From Enoplolaimus lenunculus (lineage: Eukaryota), in contig JASANG010000957.1 in assembly GCA_030248215.1 (NCBI GenBank), positions 62,001 through 126,000 of the forward strand: a stretch of DNA of 64,000 nucleotides, given 5' to 3'. Both the position numbers and the translations under genes were made by a program. Below, piece after piece: positions 17,007 through 30,000 of this stretch (the stretch's first letter is position 1; every line of letters begins with the position of its first letter). A model generated the notes under the pieces. That model was not told where the DNA came from and ran no database searches. It saw nothing but the letters and a program-made list of their open reading frames with translations.

Positions 17007-20000
17007 GAAACTTCTATGGTAACGTTACTTCAATTTTACTATTCCACATCATGGTTTACGTCAGGTTATATGGGTTTAGGTTTAGACTTGCTCATGAACA
17101 ACTCTGTCAAATATTGCAAATACAGATACATGTGTGGAAGTTGCACATGCGTGCCACTATGTTTACTAGTATTTATTTGTTATCTTTTCATTACATTCTG
17201 TGATTTTGCTTTCCAGCGTGGTTACACGTCCTATATTTTTATTTGTTTGTTTTTGTGTATTTATTATGGTTTTTGGCTAAATATGTTCAGTGACCTCGGG
17301 TTTGAAGTTTAATGTTTTTGAACGAAAAAAGTGGCCCATGTATTTAGAACAGAGCCGGAGCAGTAGAACTTATAAGCATATTCCGAAGCCTAAGCCTAAG
17401 CGTAAGAATGAGTCTATTCCTAAGCGTAAGCCTAAGCCTAAGCCTAAGCCTAAGCAAAAAAGTTAGTCTAAAGCTTAAACTGACTCTATTACGACCCCGC
17501 CGAAAAACGATCCGGCCCTGTTCTATACATGGGCGAAAAATGATGATTTCTTTTAACTACGAACGCGTTTATTGTGCCTATTGATAAAACTGGCTCAGTG
17601 AATGGTTTTGTTGATAAATGAATGATTTGGCAAAACGGCCTGATAAAACAGAAAAAGCCAAATTGTCTATAAATTCTAAAGATTTTTATGTTCTGCAACA
17701 TTCTTTGGAACCATGGTCAATGTTACTTTAAGGGACGTAACAGTAGATTAAGCTTATTCCTAAGCCTAAGCCTAGTAATCACTTTTCACGAAGAATACAT
17801 TTGAAATGATTTACAAGCGAGGTTGAAAATTGTTTCGATATTTGAGAACATTTTAGCAGCATGGGTTGTCGCTTCCGGCAACCTCTGGCTATCCAACCTG
17901 TGGCCCATGTTACTTTTAGTGCCGTCCTGGTTTCTGGTGGGTCTGTTAAAGAGTAGGATTACATTCTAGACTACATTTTTGGCGTAAGCTTAATAGGCTT
18001 AGGCATACGCTTTTGAAACGCTTAGGCTTGCGCTTAGGCTTAGGAATACGCTTAATCTACTGTAACGCCCCTTAAAGTAACATTGGCCGTAAAATATATT
18101 AACATTCTGTGCGTGTATTTGTGAATGTATTGCATTGCATAAGCAGTGTGCATAGAGCAGCATATTGCTGCGCATTTATGTTGTTGTTGGGTTTGTTTCT
18201 AGAAGTGGCCAATGTTACTTTAAGGGGCGTAACAGTAGATTAAGCGTATTCCTAAACCTAAGCCTGAGCGTTGCAAAAATGAGTTCCTAAGCCTGAACCT
18301 AAGCAAAAAATGTAATCTAGAATCTAAACGCACTCTTTCATAGACCCCTCGAAACCTGAACGTCCCTTAAATGGGTCTTAGAAGTTGTACTATTTGCTGA
18401 TTTTGTGAAGCGTGCAAATATGTTCTATCATGACAGTAAATGTGTAGTATTGTGTCAATTGAAATTGAAAGCGGTACGTTATTTAAATGTTATAGCACGA
18501 GAATTTCAACAATTTTTATTGGCAAACGCAATTGGTCGTTTTTGAGAATTGATTATAATGTGGCATATCTAGATTTTGCTAAATCAAAATTTTTTGGACA
18601 TGGATTAGTAGGATATCTACATCCGGTAGAGAATGAACCTCCGGCTCCGATCGAATTTCTGTCTGTGATTTCGGGTAATTTGTGGGGGTATCGTGGTTTT
18701 AATATCCACTCGCCTTTAATATTAACATTAAATCGACCCGCTTGCGATTAACGGCTCACTATATCAATTCTTGCAACGCATAAACTAGAATTCTAGCGAG
18801 AGTTAATACTTTTTCGACAGGTATAATATATGGGACCCATGTATAAAACAAGTCCGAAACAGTAGTATAAGCATAGTCCTAGCCCAAAAGCTTAAGCGTA
18901 TGGATGAGACTATTCCTAAGCCTAAGCAAAAAATAGTCTAAAGCTTAAACGGACTCTATTATAGCCCCTCCGAATCCGGTCATGTTTTATACATGCGCCA
19001 TATATATATGGTATACCTATGGTATGCCATTGAAAAGAATACATTGTTTTTATTTTAGACTAATTGCAAAACATGTAAATATGTGTAAAAATTGGCACGG
19101 TGATAACAGCTTCATTTTAAGGTATACAACAACGACATTGTTTACAAACAAAAGTACTTTTTAAATTCACCGGAGCTTAAGCTTTGACTAATTTTTTGCC
19201 TGGCTTAGGCTTAGGCCTATGATTAGGCTTAGGAATATGCTCATTGTTACGCTTAGGCTTAGACTTAGGTATAGGATTTTTACATTGGCCAATTCAATTA
19301 TCTGCTGTTCTGTATGCAGGTTTGGGTTTCTACACGCGGCAGTGGGACTGTGCCTTATTCCTAATGTTGACCCATGTATTGAACATGGCCGGAACAGTAG
19401 TATAAGCATATTCCTAAGCCTAAGCCTAAACAAAAAAAATTAATCTAAAGCTTGAACTGACCCTTTTATACAGCCCCGCCGCAAAACGGTCCGGCCCTGT
19501 TCTATGCCGTAAAACGATCCGGTCCTGTTCTATACATGGGCCCCAACGTTTAAGCAGGTTCCACCGCATCCTTGTTGGCTAAAGTGGTCCGCGTCGAGAT
19601 TCTTAGCTGCTTGCCGTAAACTTCTTTGCGTTCTTTGGTTTTTAAGGTCAGTGTTGCAGGCATTTTATACGGCCAGTAGATTTCGCTTGACCAAATCTTA
19701 AACTTACACCACCGCACAACGGTTGGCAAATGCAAAGGAAACTGCAGAAAACCATTTTAGCTTAGAAAGAAATCAATTTCTATTTATATGCAAATATTTC
19801 ATAAAATCCCTAAGTTTGTAGTTCATCCATTGGCATCCAGGGTGCAACAGGTTGACAACCTCGGGAACCGACCGAAAATCATTTTGTCGGAGGTTCATGT
19901 GTAGTACATTTGATTAGGGATGTGCCGAGTAATCGGCACTGGTAATAATCGACAGTTTTCATGAGTATCGACATCGGCACTGCAAAAAATTGCCGATTCT

Positions 20001-20810
20001 TTGCCGATACTTTTTGCAAATATAACAGACCAGTTCGAATGCTATCAATTTCAGTTCTGGGCTTCATATCAATGTGTCTGGCCAGGAAAACTGTTACCTC
20101 TCTTGCGTTTATGTTTGAAAAAATTCATTCAAATGAACCGTTGTTATAAAATTATAATCGTTTTTGATGGTTATCGTTTAAGTGTTCACATTAAACAAGT
20201 TGGGGGCAAATTTTTCGAGCTTAAAATTAAAATTTAGCAATAAATTGTAAATAATTGTAAAAATTTACAAATGCAGCAATTTTCAAATTCAGTATATAGT
20301 GATTTTATTTTCAAAGATTTCTTTCTACTTCCGGTTCCGGCGAAACGTGCTGACCTCCTGTTCCGGCAAAACGTGTTGCACTCTGTGTGTATATCAAGCT
20401 AAGCTGATTAGAATTTAGATAATTACAGGGGTTTGCCAGCTGGGAGAGACGGAAAGGACTTAGAGCTTATGCTTTGGCTTTATGTTTAGTCTTACGATAA
20501 AACTTAGGCTTAGGATTGATATACTGCAAAAGATGGAGAGTCAAATTGACTCTCTCCGAAGTAGGCTTTTCCTGACTACACAAACTGAGTCAAAATTCGA
20601 CTCCGCCAGAGTCAAACATGCTACTCAGTGAGTCGAATTTGATTCTGGCAGAGTCGAATTTTGACTCAGCTTGTGTAGTCAAAAAAAGCCTATTTCGGAG
20701 AGAGTCTCAATTTGACTCATAATTTTTTGCAGTGTAGGCTTAGGCTTATGCTTAGACGTATTGGTCAGGCCCTTATAATTAACATGGGAGTAATTCTTTT
20801 TCCACAATTT

Positions 20811-21087
20811 TTAAAGCATTGTAGTTTTATGGAGGTCCGTTGATGTGCCTCGGATCGGATTTCGGTTTGTGGAACCATTGTTCTTATGTTTTTTACCACC
20901 GTCATTTCTATAGTCTGCCGCAGTGTTGTTATTCCGATGTCTTGGTCCGTTTTGTTGTCGGTCGAATATATCATTATGATCGTTTCCGCCACTTGAGCCA
21001 CCGGATACAGATTCAGTTGGATAGTCCGGCGGTGGAATGTGAACCGGATGCTCGTTGATGTCGTCGTCGTTTGATGTTGAGGAAACC
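20811..21087 (-). CDS. Pcdh15: cadherin last exon (VSSTSNDDD...IPPPDY...KTTML*)
   Basis: TATCAG acceptor, phase 2 fits previous exon, open to TAA at 20811-20813; ends in T-x-L. Confidence 0.82.
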
Positions 21088-24000
21088 CTGATATTTTAAC
21101 GAATTGTATCAAAAATAAAATGCTATTTTTAACGCTTTTCACGACAGCCTCATTTTAAAGTCTTTATGCAACGTTTATAATATAAGGGTTGTAGACAATG
21201 TTGGTCAAAATCGGTTCAGCGGTTCCTGAACTTTATCCAGGCGGACAGACGGACGGACATCCACCTTTCGACCCACAAAACATAAACCGCTTCGAAAAAC
21301 TAAAAACACATTTATTGTTTCGCTAATTGTATTCTTTAGTGCATATCAAATAATCTGAGCTTAGCCGTAATTTGGGCTAAGGTTCCTCCAACTACGTCTT
21401 GGACGTCGTTTATAATCTGAGCTTAGCCGTAATTTGGGCTAAGGTTCCTCCAACTACGTCTTGGACGTCGTTTATAATCTGAGCTTAGCCGTAATTTGGG
21501 CTAAGGTTCCTCCAACTACGTCTTGGACGTCGTTTATAATCTGAGCTTAGCCGTAATTTGGGCTAAGGTTCCTCCAACTACGTCTTGGACGTCGTTTATA
21601 ATCTGAGCTTAGCCGTAATTTGGGCTAAAATTCCTCCAACTACGTCTTGGACGTCGTTTATAATCTGAGCTTAGCCGTAATTTGGGCTAAGGTTCCTCCA
21701 ACTACGTCTTGGACGTCGTTTATAATCTGAGCTTAGCCGTAATTTGGGCTAAGGTTCCTCCAACTACGTCTTGGACGTCGTTTATAATCTGAGCTTAGCC
21801 GTAATTTGGACTAAGGTTCCTCCAACTACGTCTTGGACGTCGTTTATAATCTGAGCTTAGCCGTAATTTGGGCTAAGGTTCCTCCAACTACGTCTTGGAC
21901 GTCGTTTATAATCTGAGCTTAGCCGTAATTTGGGCTAAGGTTCCTCCAACTACGTCTTGGACGTCGTTTATAATCTGAGCTTAGCCGTAATTTGGGCTAA
22001 GGTTCCTCCAACTACGTCTTGGACGTCGTTTATAATCTGAGCTTAGCCGTAATTTGGGCTAAGGTTCCTCCAACTACGTCTTGGACGTCGTTTATAATCT
22101 GAGCTTAGCCGTAATTTGGGCTAAGGTTCCTCCAACTACGTCTTGGACGTCGTTTATAATCTGAGCTTAGCCGTAATTTGGACTAAGGTTCCTCCAACTA
22201 CGTCTTGGACGTCGTTTATAATCTGAGCTTAGCCGTAATTTGGGCTAAGGTTCCTCCAACTACGTCTTGGACGTCGTTTATAATCTGAGCTTAGCCGTAA
22301 TTTGGGCTAAGGTTCCTCCAACTACGTCTTGGACGTCGTTTATAATCTGAGCTTAGCCGTAATTTGGGCTAAGGTTCCTCCAACTACGTCTTGGACGTCG
22401 TTTATAATCTGAGCTTAGCCGTAATTTGGGCTAAGGTTCCTCCAACTACGTCTTGGACGTCGTTTATAATCTGAGCTTAGCCGTAATTTGGGCTAAGGTT
22501 CCTCCAACTACGTCTTGGACGTCGTTTATAATCTGAGCTTAGCCGTAATTTGGGCTAAGGTTCCTCCAACTACGTCTTGGACGTCGTTTATAATCTGAGC
22601 TTAGCCGTAATTTGGGCTAAGGTTCCTCCAACTACGTCTTGGACGTCGTTTATAATCTGAGCTTAGCCGTAATTTGGGCTAAGGTTCCTCCAACTACGTC
22701 TTGGACGTCGTTTATAATCTGAGCTTAGCCGTAATTTGGGCTAAGGTTCCTCCAACTACGTCTTGGACGTCGTTTATAATCTGAGCTTAGCCGTAATTTG
22801 GGCTAAGGTTCCTCCAACTACGTCTTGGACGTCGTTTATAATCTGAGCTTAGCCGTAATTTGGGCTAAGGTTCCTCCAACTACGTCTTGGACGTCGTTTA
22901 TAATCTGAGCTTAGCCGTAATTTGGGCTAAGGTTCCTCCAACTACGTCTTGGACGTCGTTTATAATCTGAGCTTAGCCGTAATTTGGGCTAAGGTTCCTC
23001 CAACTACGTCTTGGACGTCGTTTATAATCTGAGCTTAGCCGTAATTTGGGCTAAGGTTCCTCCAACTACGTCTTGGACGTCGTTTATAATCTGAGCTTAG
23101 CCGTAATTTGGGCTAAGGTTCCTCCAACTACGTCTTGGACGTCGTTTATAATCTGAGCTTAGCCGTAATTTGGGCTAAGGTTCCTCCAACTACGTCTTGG
23201 ACGTCGTTTATAATCTGAGCTTAGCCGTAATTTGGGCTAAGGTTCCTCCAACTACGTCTTGGACGTCGTTTATAATCTGAGCTTAGCCGTAATTTGGGCT
23301 AAGGTTCCTCCAACTACGTCTTGGACGTCGTTTATAATCTGAGCTTAGCCGTAATTTGGGCTAAGGTTCCTCCAACTACGTCTTGGACGTCGTTTATAAT
23401 CTGAGCTTAGCCGTAATTTGGGCTAAGGTTCCTCCAACTACGTCTTGGACGTCGTTTATAATCTGAGCTTAGCCGTAATTTGGGCTAAGGTTCCTCCAAC
23501 TACGTCTTGGACGTCGTTTATAATCTGAGCTTAGCCGTAATTTGGGCTAAGGTTCCTCCAACTACGTCTTGGACGTCGTTTATAATCTGAGCTTAGCCGT
23601 AATTTGGGCTAAGGTTCCTCCAACTACGTCTTGGACGTCGTTTATAATCTGAGCTTAGCCGTAATTTGGGCTAAGGTTCCTCCAACTACGTCTTGGACGT
23701 CGTTTATAATCTGAGCTTAGCCGTAATTTGGGCTAAGGTTCCTCCAACTACGTCTTGGACGTCGTTTATAATCTGAGCTTAGCCGTAATTTGGGCTAAGG
23801 TTCCTCCAACTACGTCTTGGACGTCGTTTATAATCTGAGCTTAGCCGTAATTTGGGCTAAGGTTCCTCCAACTACGTCTTGGACGTCGTTTATATCTGAG
23901 CTTAGCCGTAATTTGGGCTAAGGTTCCTCCAACTACTCTTAGCGTTTATAATCTTGAGCTTAGCCGTAATTTGGGCTAAGGTTCCTCCAACTACGTCTTG

Positions 24001-27000
24001 GACGTCACGTTTATAATCTGAGCTTAGCCGTAATTTGGGCTAAGGTTCCTGCAACTACGTCTTGGACGTCGTTTATAATCCTGCTATCGCTTAGCCGTAA
24101 TTTGGGCTAAGGTTCCTCCAACTACGTCTTGGACGTCGTTTATAATCTGAGCTTAGCCGTAATTTGGGCTAAGGTTCCTCCAACTACGTCTTGGACGTCG
24201 TTTATAATCTGAGCTTAGCCGTAATTTGGGCTAAGGTTCCTGCAACTACGTCTTGGACGTCGTTTATAATCTGAGCTTAGCCGTAATTTGGGCTAAGGTT
24301 CCTCCAACTACGTCTTGGACGTCGTTTATAATCTGAGCTTAGCCGTAATTTGGGCTAAGGTTCCTCCAACTACGTCTTGGACGTCGTTTATAATCTGAGC
24401 TTAGCCGTAATTTGGGCTAAGGTTCCTCCAACTACGTCTTGGACGTCGTTTATAATCTGAGCTTAGCCGTAATTTGGGCTAAGGTTCCTGCAACTACGTC
24501 TTGGACGTCGTTTATAATCTGAGCTTAGCCGTAATTTGGGCTAAGGTTCCTCCAACTACGTCTTGGACGTCGTTTATAATCTGAGCTTAGCCGTAATTTG
24601 GGCTAAGGTTCCTGCAACTACGTCTTGGACGTCGTTTATAATCTGAGCTTAGCCGTAATTTGGACTAAGGTTCCTCCAACTACGTCTTGGACGTCGTTTA
24701 TAATCTGAGCTTAGCCGTAATTTGGGCTAAGGTTCCTCCAACTACGTCTTGGACGTCGTTTATAATCTGAGCTTAGCCGTAATTTGGGCTAAGGTTCCTC
24801 CAACTACGTCTTGGACGTCGTTTATAATCTGAGCTTAGCCGTAATTTGGACTAAGGTTCCTCCAACTACGTCTTGGACGTCGTTTAGGTTGTAAAATTAG
24901 GACATTTGGTTAATACTTTAAAACATCAAATCTAAATTTTCATCCCCGACTAATGTTTGTTTCATTAACGTGTAAACTTTTTTCAAATTAACAAACCACA
25001 TTTTTTACTATATACAGACTTTTGTGTCAAAATTTTGTAAATTTAAGTCTTAAATTTAAAATTTTCCGCTTGCAAAGTGTTTAATACTGTAGTGACCAGA
25101 CCAAGAGGGGGGACTGATATTTATTTGGCTTCTCTAGAGGATACCCCCCCTTGTTATTCGGTTACGGACTGTTATTTATTTTTAACCTGCCCTCCGCCAC
25201 CCTTCCTTACGGATATATAGCCGGCATTGCAACTATCCGTTGAATTAAACGTTTTTTGCGTTGCATCAAAAGCTTGAGCGACTAATGCAAGGTTATGCTT
25301 TGCAATGTTACTTTTAAAACTTAAGTACGCATCAAAAATTCGAACACCACTTTATTTGGTCCTGGAGTCATTTTATTATGCGCTACAATTAGGGTAAGTG
25401 ATCTTTATGAACTCTAATTAGGGTTTAGGGACTCTATCCGCTTACGGAATCTTATTAGGCATACGGACTCCTATTGATTCGGACTCAAAATGCGGACACC
25501 CCTCTTATTACCCCCCTCTTATTTGGGTCACTACAGTACGCGGTTTTTTATAAAGTTTCATTATTTAAATTCTGGAACTCAAGACATATAAAACACGGTT
25601 GAATTCGTTCGATGCTTAAATCGGTCCATGTTACTTTTCGGGCCGTCCCGGTTTCTGGTGGGTCTGTAAAAGAGTAGGCTTACATTCTAGACTACATTTT
25701 TTGGCTTAGACTTCGGCTTAGGAATACGCTTTTGCAACGCTTAGGCTTTAGACTCATGCTTAGGAATATACGCTTAACCTGCTGTTACGGCCCTAAAAAC
25801 AACATTGGCCCTTAAACCAATGAGTTTAATACCGAAAATTGTTTCTTGCATGCAAATTTTTTTGTGCGCAGTATATGGTGAGTTGCGAAATTCGGTACAT
25901 TTTTTGCAATTTCTCTCAATCCTGTGCATAGTACAGGTTTACGAAAAAGGTTTACGATAAACCTGGAGCCTTAGTAACGTTAAAATATTGAGGAGTTGTA
26001 CATAATCTGTGATACATTTTACTAAAATAGCTAAATATTCGATTACTATAGCCTTGATTACACTGTAAATTTCACTGATTTTAGAGAGAATTAGTCATTT
26101 CTGGCTATTTCTGAGTGAATAACAGTAATTATTAACGCACTCTGAGCTGATTTAATTCCGGCTGAGATAATTAGTTACCTCAGATTACCGTTCAAACTAT
26201 TAAGAATTCTAAGTTCTGTAAGACCCATCTCAGAGTTCAAACGTTTGAGTGGATTCAACTCATTCTGAATTAAAATCAATTCACTGGAATTTACAGTGCA
26301 AGTAACTGCTTATTGTTAGAAATTTTTTTTGCTGTTTTAGATTTAATTTCTATTCAGTGTTAAAAAATTATTAATATTAAAATCAAAATAACATTGTAAA
26401 GTATGTTTACTCGATTATCTCACAATTACATTTGAGTTGAATGTTGCGTTTGTGGATAGCGATGTTGCGCAAGATGTTGCTGTTGTTGTTGTTGTTGATT
26501 ATATCCGGGGTCGCTTTGGAGTTGAGTGGCATTGACAGCTTGAGCTGCGGCAGGATGAGTCGCTGGTCGAATTGAATAAACACCGTCAGTCACTGTAAAC
26601 CCGACGTCTAAGCCATCTTTTGACGGTAAGTCTTCTGGCATCGCCATTTCGAGCATTTGGGTTTCGTATTCTGAAACCAGGTCTTACACGTTTTCTTTTA
26701 CACATTTAAGATTGATATCTTAGGCTTAGGCTAATATAATCCGTAGAGGTATAGGCAGTGGCGGATCCAGGGTCTCAAAATGGGGGGGAGCCAAAATTTC
26801 ACAGGTAATAAACTTACTTTTGACCCACACACAAACCACGAACTATTGTCACAAAATTGCTATATAATTTTTGTCGATATGCTGTTGGGGGGGGGCACGG
26901 CCGGGGTGGCCCCCCCCATGGATCCGCCAGTGGGTATAGGCTTAGCTAAATTTTGGCTAAGCATAATTTTTACGTTTGAAACATTTAGAAACTTTATTGG

Positions 27001-30000
27001 TTATATTATGATCGCCGAATGTGACCGTTCGCCAAAAGGAGAATTTAATAACCATGACGAATCCAGCGGCGGATTTAGAAATTTCTGACATCAGTTCGGG
27101 CTGGTAACAGTTATGAAACGTAATTTTTACTGTATCCTATATATGCGCAGTGATAATTTTCTGACGGGCGAAAAATTGTTAAGGTAAGTACGGAGTTTAC
27201 CATTTTATCACAAAAAATTTTCTAACGAAGTAGACGGTACGCTACAACTGTGGATCAGCTAGTGGATGCACGACGTGTATTTCAGCGTATCTAGTTCCCA
27301 ATAAAAGGCGATAAAACTGCATTTATATTTCTACATATTGGTCGTCAAGTCTATTAACACATCAAAGTACATTCCGTTAAACGTTCACGTTGACTACCCT
27401 AGGTTGTAATCAGAGTTATAAAATACCGGAACCGGAACCTCAAAATAAAAAATACTTGTTACCGAAAAATTCATTTTTAGCGCGCTTTTAACGCTTGAAA
27501 CACACCATTTATAGAATGTCAAAATGCTGAAACAAATCCAGTAGGTGGAAACATATGATAAAATTATGGAGTATGGTACAAATTGAAAACGCGCAGACTA
27601 TTTTAGAAAAATAAGTTAGAATAATATGCTGATTAACGGTATCGAAGTTCCTTTAAGCAAATTTTTATACTCTGATCTTTCTAAAATAATTTTTATAAAT
27701 ACATTTTATAACACTGGACATATCTAAACTAGATATACGGCAACTGCAAAGTACTTGCCAACATAACAGGGCCGGTACAGTAGTACAAGCATATCCCAAA
27801 CCTAAAGCCCAAACTTAAGCTTATACCTAAGCCTAAAGCCTAATCAGAAAAATTAATCTAAAGCTTAAGTGTTTACTATGTTTCAGTCCCGCAGAAAAAC
27901 GTTCCGCCACTGATTTTTACGTGAGCCGGAGTGCGGATAAACGCCCAACGACGCTGTAACCAAAAACAATATAGCAAATTCGTAAAAATGACAAAAACAA
28001 CACTTTACCTGCAGGATTACTTGGAGGTATGAACAGAGTGTTATATTTGCTTTGTTGCGGCGCCATTGCGGTTGGAAAAATAGTATACATACTTGGTTTT
28101 TCATGAGGCAGCTTACTACTATAGTACATCGAACGTCTTGAAGCATTTTTGGCTCTGAAAACGATAAACAAACAGACATGTGGGAACGCAGGTCTCAGTA
28201 AATGATAAACAAACAGACATGTGGGAACACAGGTCTCAGTAAATGATAAACAAACAGACATGTGGGAACGCAGGTCTCAGTAAATGATAAACAAACAGAC
28301 ATGTGGGAACGCAGGTCTCAGTAAATGATAAACAAACAGACATGTGGGAACACAGGTCTCAGTAAATGATAAACAAACAGACATGTGGGAACGCAGGTCT
28401 CAGTAAATGATAAACAAACAGACATGTGGGAACGCAGGTCTCAGTAAATGATAAACAAACAGACATGTGGGAACACAGGTCTCAGTAAATGATAAACAAA
28501 CAGACATGTGGGAACACAGGTCTCAGTAAATGATAAACAAACAGACATGTGGGAACGCAGGTCTCAGTAAATGATAAACAAACAGACATGTGGGAACGCA
28601 GGTCTCAGTAAATGATAAACAAACAGACATGTGGGAACACAGGTCTCAGTAAATGATAAACAAACAGACATGTGGGAACACAGGTCTCAGTAAATGATAA
28701 ACAAACAGACATGTGGGAACGCAGGTCTCAGTAAATGATAAACAAACAGACATGTGGGAACACAGGTCTCAGTAAATGATAAACAAACAGACATGTGGGA
28801 ACACAGGTCTCAGTAAATGATAAACAAACAGACATGTGGGAACGCAGGTCTCAGTAAATGATAAACAAACAGACATGTGGGAACACAGGTCTCAGTAAAT
28901 GATAAACAAACAGACATGCGGGAACACAGGTCTCAGTAAATGATAAACAAACAGACATGTGGGAACGCAGGTCTCAGTAAATGATAAACAAACAGACATG
29001 TGGGAACGCAGGTCTCAGTAAATGATAAACAAACAGACATGTGAGAGCACAGGTCTCAGTAAATGATAAACAAACAGACATGTGGGAACGCAGGTCTCAG
29101 TAAATGATGAACAAACAAACATGTGGGAACACAGGTCTCAGTAAATGATAAACAAACAGACATGTGGGAACACAGGTCTCAGTAAATGATAAACAAACAG
29201 ACATGTGGGAACACAGGTCTCAGTAAATGATAAACAAACAGACATGTGGGAACACAGGTCTCAGTAAATGATAAACAAACAGACATGTGGGAACACAGGT
29301 CTCAGTAAATGATAAACAAACAGACATGTGGGAACACAGGTCACAGTAAATGATAAACAAACAGACATGTGGGAACACAGGTCTCAGTAAATGATAAACA
29401 AACAGACATGTGGGAACACAGGTCTCAGTAAATGATAAACAAACAGACATGTGGGAACACAGGTCTCAGTAAATGATAAACAAACAGACATGTGGGAACA
29501 CAGGTCTCAGTAAATGATAAACAAACAGACATGTGGGAACACAGGTGTTCAGTAAATGATAAACAAACAGACATGTGGGAACACAGGTCTCAGTAAATGA
29601 TAAACAAACAGACATGTGGGAACACAGGTCTCAGTAAATGATAAACAAACAGACATGTGGGAACACAGGTCTCAGTAAATGATAAACAAACAGACATGTG
29701 GAAAAAAATGATAAACAAACAGACATGTGGGAACACAGGTCTCAGTAAATGATAAACAAACAGACATGTGGGAACACAGGTCTCAGTAAATGATAAACAA
29801 ACAGACATGTGGGAACACAGGTCTCAGTAAATGATAAACAAACAGACATGTGGGAACACAGGTGTTCAGTAAATGATAAACAAACAGACATGTGGGAACA
29901 CAGTTCTCAGTAAATCATAAACAAACAGACATGTGGGAACACAGGTCTCAGTAAATGATAAACAAACAGACATGTGGGAACACAGGTCTCAGTAAATGAT

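Noticed and set aside
20765..21142. 125-aa ORF as listed in the track
   Set aside because: Wrong frame; the coding frame is the cadherin last exon 20811-21087
21350..21480. Self-cleaving ribozyme (HDV-like or hammerhead) in the 62-bp monomer
   Set aside because: GGT-TCCTCCA-ACT and a GGACGT/ACGTCT pairing resemble HDV P3/L3/P1, but P4 and the J4/2-P2 register do not fit; no CTGANGA/GAAA hammerhead core
21350..24886. CRISPR array
   Set aside because: Units are head-to-tail with no unique spacers; eukaryotic intron; no cas genes
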